Of a stretch of DNA of 64,000 nt, positions 1 to 9,791 are shown one piece after another. This DNA is from Gemmatimonadota bacterium (GTDB lineage Bacteria > Gemmatimonadota > Gemmatimonadetes > Palauibacterales > Palauibacteraceae). Position 1 is the first letter of the stretch. Every line of letters starts with the position of its first letter. The position numbers and the translations under genes were made by a program. The stretch spans positions 10,007 to 74,006 of the forward strand of contig JBDHAC010000028.1 of the NCBI GenBank assembly GCA_039588275.1, in the 5' to 3' direction. The notes below the pieces were generated by a model that worked only from the letters and a program-made list of their open reading frames with translations, did no database searches and was not told the origin of the DNA.

Positions 1-2700
1 TCCCCGCACCACGTACGAGTAGGGAAGTCCGGTCTGCCGGAAGTAAGTCGGCGTGACCTGCAGATACGCCTTCTCTCCCAAATCCCACTGCGCGGTGGCG
101 CCGAGCACGATCTTGTGCTCAACCTCGTAGTTCGAGTCGGCTTTCTCGGGGTTGTTCGGATCCCCTCGAATCGGGTTCCGGCCGAAGTTCGAGGTCGCCT
201 GGCTCGACTGCTGGACCTGTAGGTCCTGAACATCCGCATACGTATAAGAGCCGCGGAAGCGGAGCCACTCGCTGAACTGGCGCTGGAGCTCGAACGTGAG
301 CAACAGCGCCGAGCTCTCGCTCCGGTTGGTCAGGTTGACCACGTTGCGGAAGTCGTCGTCCATCAGGTTGTTGTCGAAGCAGCCGCCGCGGCTTCCGCAC
401 CCGCTGGCCGTCGGCGTCCCGAAGTACGGGCGACCCTCGACCGGGTCGATGCCCGTCGGCTCGACGAGGTTCAGCTCCTCGAAGAACACCTCCTCGATCG
501 CCTTGCTGTACAGCACTTCGACGGTCACATCGAAGCCGCCGGGTAGCTCGCGGTCGATGCCGGCCGAGAGCTTGAGATCCAGCGGGAAGTTGAAGTTCTC
601 GTCGACGACGTTGATGACCGGTCGCGCGGCAGCACCCGCTCCACCACCACCCGCACACGTTGTCGGAGCGGGGGAGTTGGGATCGAAGGCCGGTGCGTCG
701 GTGCCCTCGCACGTCAGGTCGACCGACTGGATGCCCGTGTTGCCGTACGCGTTCGAGATCCACACGAACGGCGAGCGCCCGGCGAACAGCCCGGCTCCAC
801 CACGGAATTGGGTGCGGTACTCGTCGCCGGTCTGGTAATTGAACCCGAAGCGCGGCTGCCACAGGATGTTGCCCGATGGCACGATGCTGTTGGCGAACCC
901 GAACGAGTTCGAGAAGTCCGAGTTCAGGCGAGGGTCGTCGGGCAGGAGCGGGATCTCCGCCCGGAGCCCGAAGTTGAGCGTCAGGTTGTCGCTCACCGTC
1001 CACTCATCCTGCACGTAGAACGCCAGCTGGAAGACGTCGAACGTGGCCGGCAGCTGATCCTCGGTCACCCCCGGAGCCGGGACGCGCTTCACATACTCGG
1101 ACGGGGTGTTGGCCTGCAGGTCCGCGATGCTTCCGAAGGTCCACAGGCCGAGCAGTCCGGGCTCGAACAGGTTCTTGAAGCTGTAGAACTCGTTGTGCGT
1201 CCCGAACGTGATCCGGTGATCGCCGAACCGACCGGTCAGGTTGTCGGTGATCTGGAAGATCGTCTGGTCGAGCGAGTTCGCCTGCGAGAACCGCTCTGCA
1301 CCCACGAGGAAGTCGAAGCTGGCTTCGACCGTCACCTGGCCGAAGCCGACCGCCGGGTCTCGCTCGTCGTTGATGAACTCGAGGTTCAGGAGCACCTCGT
1401 TCTCCCACCGGTCTCCGAGCTGCGTGAACAGCTGTGCCACGGTGGAGTTCGTGATGGTGAGGAACGGCGCCAGGTTCGAGGTGAAGCAGTACTCCCCGAA
1501 GCCCCCGCGATTGCAGGAGAGCTCGTTCCGGGCGCGCGAGTAATTGTGCCGCACCACGAGCCGGTTGTCCTCACCGAGCTGGAAGTCCAGGCGTCCGAAG
1601 ACGTTGGTGCGCGGGTTCTTGACCGACAGCGCCCCCGTCGTCCCCGGGTCGACCCCGTACGTGTTCTGGAAGACGTCGCGGATCGCGACCGCATCGGCCG
1701 CATCGATGCCCAGCCCGTCGGAGAAGTCGTTCCCCACCCCGGGCTCGAAGCCCTCGAACGGGTTGTCGAAGATCTGGGCCTCGAACGCGCCGAAAAAGAA
1801 GACCTTTTCGCGCACGAGCGGCCCACCGAGCGTCCCGCCGAACTGGGTGTCGTTGAACTCGCCGAACTCGCGGTCTTCCAGCTTGCTCACGAGACCCTCG
1901 TTCGTGAACGTGCCGAAGCCGGAGAACTGCCACTCGTTGGTGCCGGCTTTCGTGACGGCGTTGACCAGCCCGCCGCTGAAGTTGGAGTGCCGGACGTCGA
2001 ACGGGGCCACGAGGACCTGGAACTCCTGGATCGCCTCGAGCGTGATCGGCTTCGCGTTCCCCTGGCCGCCGGGCGTCCCGCTCTCGCCGACGCCGAACAC
2101 GTCGTTATTGACGGCCCCGTCGATCTGGATGTTGTTGAGGCGGTTCGCCTTACCGGCGATCGACGGCGCGTTCTCGAACTGGTTCGCGTACGGCGACAGG
2201 AGCGTCAGCTCCATCAAACTCCGGTTGATCGTCGGGAATGTCTCGATCTCGGTCTCGCCGATGGTCGTCGACTGACCGGTCTTCCCGGCGCTGAACACCG
2301 CATCATCGCCCACCACGGAGACCGTCAGCTCCTCCACCTGCACGGCGGTCTGCTGAATCTGGAAGTTGACGGTCTCGGCTTGACTGAGCGTGATGTTGAC
2401 CCCGGTACGGCTTTGCGGGCCGTACCCGATGATCTGGACCCGGACGGTGAACGGCCCGCCCGGCTGGAGCTGGGCGACGAAGTACCGCCCATTCTCGTTC
2501 GTGAGCGCGCCGCGCGTCACGTTGGTCCGCGTATCGGTAACCGAAACCTGAGCGCCGGAGACCGGCTGCCCGTTCTGATCGATCACCGTTCCGCGGATTT
2601 CGGAGGTCACGACCTGGGCTTGTAGGATCGGAGCGAAGATCAGGATCGCCACGAGCCCGAGCGCGCCTCCTAGGGTGGTCCTAGACAAGAGTTTCTGCAT
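1..2700 (-). CDS. TonB-dependent receptor, Oar-like, with N-terminal carboxypeptidase-regulatory-like domain; C-terminus runs off the left edge
   Basis: Not in the ORF track because it has no stop in the window. Translated by hand from ATG at 2700: MQKLLSRTTLGGALGLVAILIFAPILQAQ (signal peptide), then EIRGTVIDQNGQPVSGAQV...TNENGRY, and plug motifs NNIQIDGAVNND and EAIQEFQVLVAPFDVRHSNFSGGLVNAVTKAGTN. Confidence 0.9.
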   Translation of the reverse strand, partial: MQKLLSRTTLGGALGLVAILIFAPILQAQVVTSEIRGTVIDQNGQPVSGAQVSVTDTRTNVTRGALTNENGRYFVAQLQPGGPFTVRVQIIGYGPQSRTGVNITLSQAETVNFQIQQTAVQVEELTVSVVGDDAVFSAGKTGQSTTIGETEIETFPTINRSLMELTLLSPYANQFENAPSIAGKANRLNNIQIDGAVNNDVFGVGESGTPGGQGNAKPITLEAIQEFQVLVAPFDVRHSNFSGGLVNAVTKAGTNEWQFSGFGTFTNEGLVSKLEDREFGEFNDTQFGGTLGGPLVREKVFFFGAFEAQIFDNPFEGFEPGVGNDFSDGLGIDAADAVAIRDVFQNTYGVDPGTTGALSVKNPRTNVFGRLDFQLGEDNRLVVRHNYSRARNELSCNRGGFGEYCFTSNLAPFLTITNSTVAQLFTQLGDRWENEVLLNLEFINDERDPAVGFGQVTVEASFDFLVGAERFSQANSLDQTIFQITDNLTGRFGDHRITFGTHNEFYSFKNLFEPGLLGLWTFGSIADLQANTPSEYVKRVPAPGVTEDQLPATFDVFQLAFYVQDEWTVSDNLTLNFGLRAEIPLLPDDPRLNSDFSNSFGFANSIVPSGNILWQPRFGFNYQTGDEYRTQFRGGAGLFAGRSPFVWISNAYGNTGIQSVDLTCEGTDAPAFDPNSPAPTTCAGGGGAGAAARPVINVVDENFNFPLDLKLSAGIDRELPGGFDVTVEVLYSKAIEEVFFEELNLVEPTGIDPVEGRPYFGTPTASGCGSRGGCFDNNLMDDDFRNVVNLTNRSESSALLLTFELQRQFSEWLRFRGSYTYADVQDLQVQQSSQATSNFGRNPIRGDPNNPEKADSNYEVEHKIVLGATAQWDLGEKAYLQVTPTYFRQTGLPYSYVVRG

Positions 2701-3183
2701 GGTTCTCACCGTCCTTGCTTGGGAAGCGGGGTCCCGTCCGAAGAGACGGACGCACGCCTCGAGGAAGATACAGGACAATGAAACAGGCGCTGTTGGCTAC
2801 TGCGAAGCAACTTACAGAGTTGTGGCGGCGCAGGCCAACCGCCGACCTTTACTAGCGTATGAAAACGCCTCGGTTCGGCACGCGTTATGTGCTCGTGCGG
2901 ACCAGGCCTCTCACTTCAGCCGCCCGCAGCTCTTGAACCTCGCGGGCCGACCTTGCCACTCTTCGATGGCAGTGGCAAATTGCAAGGCCTATGCGAAGGT
3001 TATCTCGGGCCGAACGCCAGTTGGAGACTCCGGCCGGAGGCGGCCCACGAACCTGGGACTTCGACGTACAGCTTCGCCGTTCACACCCACACGCCGCGAT
3101 GACCCGAGCCGACCGCGATTCGCACCTTCCCCGTGCCGCTTGACGCTCGCGGGCCGCGGCCTCAGACCGACAGGAGACCTAAC

Positions 3184-4464
3184 ATGACGAGTAGAACTGG
3201 CAGCCTCATGGCCACGCTCCCGCTCGCCGCACTGGTGGCCTTTGTCAGCTGCGACAACTCGAAGGCGCCGACAGCGCCCGAAGGCCCCAGCCTGGCACGG
3301 AGCGCGGACAGGGCACCGTTCAAGAAGCAAGTCCGCTTCGCCACGTTCAACGCATCACTCAACCGCTTCAACGCGGGCGATCTCGTCAACGACCTATCCA
3401 CACTCGCCAACGCCCAGGCTCAGACGATCGCCGAGATCATCCAGCGCACCCGCCCGGACGTGCTGTTGGTCAACGAGTTCGACTTTGACGCGGGCGGCGT
3501 GGCTGCCCGGCTCTTCCAGGAGAACTACCTGTCGGTCTCGCAGAATGGGGCTGACCCGATCCTCTATCCGCATCGCTTCGTAGCTCCGTCAAACACCGGC
3601 ATCCCTTCCGGCTTCGACCTCGACAATTCAGGAGGCGTCGGAGGGCCGAACGATGCCTTCGGCTTCGGCTTCTTCCCAGGTCAGTTCGGGATGGCCGTGT
3701 ATTCCATGCATCCCATCGACCAACCGGGCGTGCGTACCTTCCAACTCTTCCTCTGGAAGGACATGCCGGGGGCCCTGCTACCCGACGATCCGACCACGCC
3801 GGCGCCCGCAGACTGGTATTCGCCCGCAGAGCTGGACGTGTTCCGCCTCTCGTCCAAGAGCCACTGGGATGTCCCGATCGAGATCGGCAACAAGACCGTG
3901 CACTTCCTGGTCAGCCACCCGACCCCTCCTGTGTTCGACGGAGCCGAGGACCGGAACGGCACGCGAAATCACGACGAGATCCGCTTCTGGGCGGACTATG
4001 TGATCCCCTCCCGGTCCGGCTATATAGTGGATGACGAGGGTGTGCCCGGAGGGCTACGGCCCGGCGCCATGTTCGTGATCGCTGGCGACCAAAACGCGGA
4101 CCCGTTCGACGGGGACAGCAGCGCGGACGCGGCGCTCCAGCTCCTCGATCATCCGCTCATCAACACGAGGATGACACCGAGCAGCGAGGGTGGCCCCGAG
4201 CAGTCAGCTTTGCAGGGCGGCGTGAACGCCGGCCACCAGGGCGACCCCGCCTTCGACACGGCGGACTTCAGCGACAGCCCCCCGTTCGGTGCGGGGAACC
4301 TGCGAGCGGACTACGTGCTGCCCAGGAAGAACCTGCGCATACTGGAAGCTGGCGTGTTCTGGCCGCTGAGCAGCGACCCTCTGTTCCCGCTCGTCGGCAC
4401 CTTCCCATTCCCCGGCTCCGATCACCGGCTGGTTTGGGTGGACGTTCGGGTGCCCGGCAACTGA
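3184..4464 (+). CDS. Secreted/lipoprotein endonuclease-exonuclease-phosphatase (EEP) family protein
   Basis: ATG at 3184 preceded by AGGAG. Lipobox-like AFVSC. EEP motifs RFATFNASL, PDVLLVNEFD, SHPTPPVFD, IAGDQNAD, RADYVLP, SDHRLVWVDV. Confidence 0.85.
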   Translation: MTSRTGSLMATLPLAALVAFVSCDNSKAPTAPEGPSLARSADRAPFKKQVRFATFNASLNRFNAGDLVNDLSTLANAQAQTIAEIIQRTRPDVLLVNEFDFDAGGVAARLFQENYLSVSQNGADPILYPHRFVAPSNTGIPSGFDLDNSGGVGGPNDAFGFGFFPGQFGMAVYSMHPIDQPGVRTFQLFLWKDMPGALLPDDPTTPAPADWYSPAELDVFRLSSKSHWDVPIEIGNKTVHFLVSHPTPPVFDGAEDRNGTRNHDEIRFWADYVIPSRSGYIVDDEGVPGGLRPGAMFVIAGDQNADPFDGDSSADAALQLLDHPLINTRMTPSSEGGPEQSALQGGVNAGHQGDPAFDTADFSDSPPFGAGNLRADYVLPRKNLRILEAGVFWPLSSDPLFPLVGTFPFPGSDHRLVWVDVRVPGN

Positions 4465-4504
4465 CCTGGACTGGCCTCGTTTCATTCGAGGCAGAACCAA
4501 AAGA

Positions 4505-4545
4505 CGAGAAGGGCCCGAGGACAAATACCCTCCGGGCCCTTCTCG
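4505..4545. terminator. Hairpin between convergent genes, probably a bidirectional terminator
   Basis: CGAGAAGGGCCCG (4505-4517) is the exact reverse complement of CGGGCCCTTCTCG (4533-4545). It lies between two convergent stop codons. Confidence 0.6.
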
Positions 4546-4578
4546 CCGTCTGGGGTAGGAACTCCGGCGGATCTCCCG

Positions 4579-5655
4579 TCAGGCGACCTCCCTGAGCGCC
4601 GTAATGACGGGCTCCACCTCCGCGAGCAGCGCCCCTTTTTCCATCCGGTGCAGGAAGGCGCTCCGAAACCCGTTCAGGATCATCTCGGCGATCTCATCGA
4701 GCGTGAAATCGAGGTGCTTCCAAGCGCGGACGTATTCCTCCGTCACCGTCGTACCGCTCATGAGCCGGTTGTCGGTGTGCAGGCTCACCATGAGCCCTTC
4801 ATTGAAGTACCGGCGCACCGGGTGGCTCTCGAAGTCGGGGACGGCGCGGGTCTGGACGTTGCTCGTGAGGCAGATCTCGAGCGGGATCTGGAAGTCGTTC
4901 ACGTACTGCATGAGGTCCGGATCTTCGTGCAGACGCGTTCCGTGACCGATCCGCTGTGCCCCGCAGTAGTGAATCGCCTGGTGAATGGACTCCGGCCCGT
5001 ACGCTTCTCCCGCATGGATGGTCGCTCCGATGTTCGCGTTGCGAACCATGTAGAACGCGTTCTTGTGCTTCTTGGCCGGATAGTTGTACTCGGCCCCTGC
5101 CAGATCGAACGCGACCACGCCGCGGTTCTTGTACGCGATCGTGAGATCGGCCAGGTCTCGGGAGACGTGCGGCTCCATGTTCCGGATCCCGCAGATGATC
5201 AGGTTGGATCGGATCCCGAACTCTTCCTCCGCCCGGCGCATCCCCCGCAGTGGAGCGTCCACGGCCCCCGGGAGAGGGAGACCGTATCGGGTCACCAGGA
5301 TCGGAGAGTAGCGGATCTCGGTGTACCGGACGTTCTCGGCAGCCGCGTCCTCGCAGAGCTCGTACGCGATCCGCTCGAGCGCGCTGGGGCGTTGCATGAC
5401 GGAGAGGGCTACGTCGAAGCGAGCGAGGTAGTCCTCGAGGTTCTGGGCGTCGCGCACAAAAAAGTACTCGGACAGCTCTCGAGGGTCGTGCGTCGGGAGG
5501 TCGACGTCATGCTCCGCCGCGAGCTCGACGATCGTCTCGGGCCTCAGCGACCCGTCCAGGTGGACGTGCAGATCCGTCTTCGGCACCGCCCGAATGCGGT
5601 CCCGGACCTCCTGTTCGGTCACGATTAGCTCCTGAGAACGAGTCGCACGATCCAC
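4579..5655 (-). CDS. add: Adenosine deaminase
   Basis: PKTDLHVHLDGSLR, AFDLAGAE, TIHAGEAYG, RIGHG, LEICLTSN, HTDNRLMS motifs. Exact start uncertain. Confidence 0.9.
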   Translation of the reverse strand: MDRATRSQELIVTEQEVRDRIRAVPKTDLHVHLDGSLRPETIVELAAEHDVDLPTHDPRELSEYFFVRDAQNLEDYLARFDVALSVMQRPSALERIAYELCEDAAAENVRYTEIRYSPILVTRYGLPLPGAVDAPLRGMRRAEEEFGIRSNLIICGIRNMEPHVSRDLADLTIAYKNRGVVAFDLAGAEYNYPAKKHKNAFYMVRNANIGATIHAGEAYGPESIHQAIHYCGAQRIGHGTRLHEDPDLMQYVNDFQIPLEICLTSNVQTRAVPDFESHPVRRYFNEGLMVSLHTDNRLMSGTTVTEEYVRAWKHLDFTLDEIAEMILNGFRSAFLHRMEKGALLAEVEPVITALREVA

Positions 5656-5685
5656 GGCCGGATCCGACCCGGCTCGCGGTACGGG

Positions 5686-6930
5686 TTACTCGTAGCGGAG
5701 CGACTCGACGGGGTCAAGCCGGGCGGCCTTTCTCGCGGGCAGAATCCCGGCGATGAGCCCGATGGAGGCCAGGATCGCCACGCAGATGGAGGCGATCGGG
5801 AGAGATAGCTTCGGATTCAGGATGTACTGCAGTCCCTGGTCATCGGTAGCGATGCTGTCAACACCGACCACGATCGCGCTTGCGAGGGCCAACCCGAAGA
5901 TCCCGCCGCCGCCCGCGATCAGGAGCGCCTCGAAGATGAACTGGGCGACGATGTGTCGCCTGCGCGCGCCCACTGCAAGCTTGATCCCGATCTCGCGCGT
6001 TCGCTCGCGCACGACGACGTACATGATGTTCGCCACCCCCACTCCCGCCACCAGGAGCGTGAACCCACCGACGAGCCCGAGGAAGATCTGGATCCCGAGT
6101 CCGATCGCGCTCGTGATCTTCTCGTCTTCGATGAAGTCCCACATGGAGAGCGCCCGCTCGTCCGCCGGGTCGAACTTGTAGCGGCCCCCGAGCACCCGGT
6201 ACAGCTCGCTCTTCACCCGTTCGGCCTCCTTCACATCGCGGGGCCTGACCAGCAAGTGACCGACGTAGCGGTTTCCGTAGATCGTCTGGAACGTCGAGGC
6301 GGGGATGATGGCACGGTCCTCATCCGGCCCGTTGTTGCTCGAGTCCTGGAACTTCTTCTGCATGACGCCGACGACGGTGAACGGCAGCCCGTCGAGCATG
6401 AGCGTTCGTCCGACCGGTTCCATGTCTCCGAACAGGCGCTCGGCGATGTCATTGCCGAGAAACAGCACGCGGCGCTTCTCGCGCATGTCACGTGCGTTGA
6501 TGAACCGGCCGCCCTGCGCCGGGAACATGCGTCGCATCTCCATGAATTCGGGCGCGACGCCCTCCATGTACGTGGTCGTCTGGTTCTCGTCGAACTTGAG
6601 GTGCGTGCCCCAACGGCCGTAGGAAGGGCTCCCCATCTCGATCTCGGGGATGGCCCGCAGCAGCAATCCGAGGTCTTCCTCGCGCAGCCGGATGCGGCGG
6701 CCTTTGGGGAGACCCTGGTACGGCAGGTTCGTCTCTCCCCCGTACACCATGAAGATTCGCTCGCCCGCGTTGAGCAGCCCCTCAGAGATCTGGCGCCGCA
6801 GCCCCTCGCCGAACGCGAGCAGCAGCACGATCGAGATCGTCCCCCACACCACGGCGAAGATCGTGAGGAAAGCCCGCGTCTTTTGAACGCGCAGATCCCC
6901 GAAGAACTCCTCGATCAGGATCTTCCACAT
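5686..6930 (-). CDS. MacB/FtsX-type ABC transporter permease
   Basis: N-terminal TM helix, periplasmic domain, GVANIMYVVVRERTREIGIKLAVGA, C-terminal PARKAARLDPVESLRYE. Confidence 0.9.
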   Translation of the reverse strand: MWKILIEEFFGDLRVQKTRAFLTIFAVVWGTISIVLLLAFGEGLRRQISEGLLNAGERIFMVYGGETNLPYQGLPKGRRIRLREEDLGLLLRAIPEIEMGSPSYGRWGTHLKFDENQTTTYMEGVAPEFMEMRRMFPAQGGRFINARDMREKRRVLFLGNDIAERLFGDMEPVGRTLMLDGLPFTVVGVMQKKFQDSSNNGPDEDRAIIPASTFQTIYGNRYVGHLLVRPRDVKEAERVKSELYRVLGGRYKFDPADERALSMWDFIEDEKITSAIGLGIQIFLGLVGGFTLLVAGVGVANIMYVVVRERTREIGIKLAVGARRRHIVAQFIFEALLIAGGGGIFGLALASAIVVGVDSIATDDQGLQYILNPKLSLPIASICVAILASIGLIAGILPARKAARLDPVESLRYE

Positions 6931-6983
6931 CAGGCGCTACCCTCCTTCACCGTCACGGACCCGTCGGCCGGCGGGAACGGACC

Positions 6984-8216
6984 TCACCAGCGCAGACATT
7001 CGACCGGATCCAAGCTCGCCGCCCGGCGGGCGGGGAAGAATCCCGCCAGCATGGCGACGAATGCGAGGAGCGACATCGTAAGGACGGCGACTTCGAGCGA
7101 GATCGTGGGGGCTCCCACGAACTCCTGCATCGGTACGTACGAGAGGAGCTTCACCAGCCCGATCGAGACGAGGACCCCGAGGATCGCCCCGATCGCGACG
7201 ATCAACACGCTCTCGGTGAGGAATTGCCACAGGATGCTGCGACGGCGTGCGCCCACGGAGCGCTTGATGCCGATCTCGCGGGTCCGCTCGCGCACCACGA
7301 TGTACATGATGTTCGCGACCCCGATTCCACCCACGCTCAGCGTGAAGCTCCCTACGATCGCGAAGAACACCTTGAACCCGAAGAACAGGTAGCCGAACAT
7401 GCGCTCCCACTCGGCTGTGTCCCAGATCTGGAGCGCATCCTCGTCCGAGGGGTCGAAACGATATTTCCTGCCCAGCAACTCGTAGATCCGCCGCTCGACC
7501 GCCTCGGTGACCTCGGGTCCGCTCGTCCGATACACCATGTTCGCCACGTACCGGTCGCCGAAGATCGCCTGGTGAGTGCTCGCCGGGATGAACACGCGGT
7601 CCTCGTCGCGTGAGTTGTACGAGGAGTTCTGCACCTTGGGCTTGAGCACCCCGATTACGGTGAACGGGACATCCCCGATCATCACGTCTCGGCCCACCGG
7701 CCGCGCGTCACCGAACAGGATCCGGGCCACCTCATCTCCCAGGAAGGTGACACGCCTGCGCTCCTCGAGGTCGAGCCGGTTGATGAACCGCCCGCCCGCC
7801 TCGGGGATGACGTTCCGCATCTCGCCGTATACGGGATAAATGCCCGTGATATTCGGGTTTACCGCGTTCTTCCCTCGTCGGACGGGTGTCTCCCGGTCGC
7901 TGTACTCGGGGCTGATCATCGTGATGTCCGGGATCTCGCGCTTCAGGATCGCCGCGTCCGCCTCGCGGATCCGGATCGTTCGCCCTTCGCGGAACCCGGC
8001 ATAGGGAACCGTGGTCCGCCCACCGAACATGATCACGATTCGATCGCCCAGCCCGTGGAAGCGCTTCAGCGTCTGGCGCTCGAGACCCACGCTGAACGCG
8101 AGCAGGACCACGACCGCGACCGTTCCCCAGGTGATCCCGAGGATCGTGAGAATCGTGCGGAGTCTCTGGGCCCGAAGATCGGCCCAAAGCTGCCGCAGTG
8201 CGTCGCTCAAACGCAT
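6984..8216 (-). CDS. MacB/FtsX-type ABC transporter permease (paralogue)
   Basis: GVANIMYIVVRERTREIGIKRSVGA and PARRAASLDPVECLRW. Same architecture as its neighbour. Confidence 0.9.
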   Translation of the reverse strand: MRLSDALRQLWADLRAQRLRTILTILGITWGTVAVVVLLAFSVGLERQTLKRFHGLGDRIVIMFGGRTTVPYAGFREGRTIRIREADAAILKREIPDITMISPEYSDRETPVRRGKNAVNPNITGIYPVYGEMRNVIPEAGGRFINRLDLEERRRVTFLGDEVARILFGDARPVGRDVMIGDVPFTVIGVLKPKVQNSSYNSRDEDRVFIPASTHQAIFGDRYVANMVYRTSGPEVTEAVERRIYELLGRKYRFDPSDEDALQIWDTAEWERMFGYLFFGFKVFFAIVGSFTLSVGGIGVANIMYIVVRERTREIGIKRSVGARRRSILWQFLTESVLIVAIGAILGVLVSIGLVKLLSYVPMQEFVGAPTISLEVAVLTMSLLAFVAMLAGFFPARRAASLDPVECLRW

Positions 8217-8271
8217 CTAGACTCCGTGGCGGACCGTGCCATCCGTGGCCGCCGGCGTCTATCAAAGATGG

Positions 8272-9366
8272 TCAAGAGATCTCGCGGGGCGGTGGTTCCA
8301 CAACCCTCTCACCCTCCTCGAGACCTGCGAGCACCTCGATGTTGATCCCGTCGCTCAGGCCGGTCTCGATCGAGCGCTCCTCGGTCTGCTCACCGGTCAG
8401 CCGAACCGTCACCGTCGCCGCATCCTCTTCGAAACGGACGAGGCGCTCGGGGATGTAGAGCACGTCCTCGTGCCGCTCGATGATGATGTCCGCGTTGGCG
8501 GAATAGCCGGCGCGCAGCACCGCGTCCTCCGAGGGCAGAACGGTGATCTCGACCGGGAAGATCGTGGCGTTCTCCTCGTCCTGGCCTTTGAGCGAGATCC
8601 TCGACAGCCGACCCTGGACCACCGCATCCGGTAGCGCTCCGATCTTGAGCTCGACCGGCATGCCCTCGCTCAGACGGCCGACGTCGATCTCATCTACCGT
8701 CCCGCGAAAGATCAGCTCGTCCATCTCGGCCATGGACATGAGGACGGTGCCTTCCTGGAAGGTGGTAAGGGGCACGACGGGGTCTCCGATCTCGACCGTC
8801 TTCTCGAGGATGAACCCGGTGATCGGCGCCTTGATCACGGTCTCGACGCTCTCGGTGCCGATCGTGACCCGGCCTTCTTGGAGCAGCGCGAGCCGCTCCC
8901 GGGCGATCTGGAACTGGAGACGGGCCTCGTTGTAGCTGCGGTCTACGGTCTCGAATTCCTCCTGCGAGACGTAATCCTGCTCGCGCAGCGCCTCCAGCCG
9001 GTCCCGTTTCTTCTGAAGCTGAGCGAGCTCGAGCTCGCGCAGTTCCATCTGTCGTCGTGCCTCGACGAGCTCTATCGGAGTCGGGTTGGGCTGAATCTCC
9101 AGTAGCGGCTCTCCGCGCCGGACATGCTCCCCGGGCTCTTTGAAAAGCCGCCGGACGACGCCCGCCAGCTGTGACTTGACGCTTACCTCGACGAGCGGCT
9201 CGATTCGGCCCACCGCGAGCGCTTTGTCGACGATCTCGCCCCGCTTCACCTCGACGGTCTGCTCGGACCCGTCCTCGCTCCCGCCGGCCGTGGAGACGAC
9301 GAAGGCGGTGCCGGAGATGCCGGCCAGGGCCACCATTCCGAATACGATCTTGGTGCGTCGCTTCAT
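8272..9366 (-). CDS. Efflux periplasmic adaptor subunit (MacA/HlyD family)
   Basis: ATG at 9366 (MKRRTKIVFG, then a TM anchor), VSVKSQLAGVV lipoyl half, coiled coil, IKAPITGFI, VDEIDVG, LRAGYSANADI, GLSDGINIEV. Confidence 0.88.
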   Translation of the reverse strand: MKRRTKIVFGMVALAGISGTAFVVSTAGGSEDGSEQTVEVKRGEIVDKALAVGRIEPLVEVSVKSQLAGVVRRLFKEPGEHVRRGEPLLEIQPNPTPIELVEARRQMELRELELAQLQKKRDRLEALREQDYVSQEEFETVDRSYNEARLQFQIARERLALLQEGRVTIGTESVETVIKAPITGFILEKTVEIGDPVVPLTTFQEGTVLMSMAEMDELIFRGTVDEIDVGRLSEGMPVELKIGALPDAVVQGRLSRISLKGQDEENATIFPVEITVLPSEDAVLRAGYSANADIIIERHEDVLYIPERLVRFEEDAATVTVRLTGEQTEERSIETGLSDGINIEVLAGLEEGERVVEPPPREIS

Positions 9367-9469
9367 GTCGCTCTCGTCCTTCTGTGGCGGCTTGAGTCCC
9401 ACCTGCCACTACGGAGCGGATGAGGGGGAAGGTTTCGAGGTGGGATCGCGAGGCGCGGCAGGTAGGGCC

Positions 9470-9763
9470 TTACTGCGGGTCCTTCGGATGGGGATATCGG
9501 GGCTCCCTCGCATGAGGCGACCCCGTGCCATCAAGGTGGAGTCGTTCGGGGTCCTCGAGATGGAGTCGCACTCCGTCCTCCAGCGCGCCGTCGAGATCGA
9601 CCGGGTGTCCCGCCGCGTCACAAACCACTTTGTGACCGGAGAGCACGTCGCGGTATGCCTCTTCGGAGTGCCAGTTGAGCGCGTGGCGCACGCGCGCCCA
9701 GGACCAGATGGTCACGGCGTCATCGTCGATGAAGACGTGGATGCGGGAGAGCACGGGGCTCAC
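9470..9763 (-). CDS. Small hypothetical protein (~97 aa) directly downstream of the 5'-nucleotidase
   Basis: Fills the gap in a co-oriented run. Protein-like composition (IHVFIDDDAVTIWSWARVRHAL...VCDAAGHPVDLDGALEDGVRL). No clear SD. Confidence 0.55.
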   Translation of the reverse strand: MSPVLSRIHVFIDDDAVTIWSWARVRHALNWHSEEAYRDVLSGHKVVCDAAGHPVDLDGALEDGVRLHLEDPERLHLDGTGSPHAREPRYPHPKDPQ

Positions 9764-9791
9764 CGGATCGACGAGGTCCGGCGCGCGGAGA

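Noticed and set aside
808..2625. 605-aa plus-strand ORF and many other long antisense or alternate-frame ORFs (e.g. 24150..26282, 27588..29291, 50176..51714)
   Set aside because: They are shadows of well-supported genes in high-GC DNA, have Arg/Pro/Ala-rich or antisense-typical composition, and show no family motifs.
2701..3183. Riboswitch (e.g. cobalamin) upstream of the TonB-dependent receptor
   Set aside because: No B12-box or other recognisable riboswitch core was found on the minus strand.
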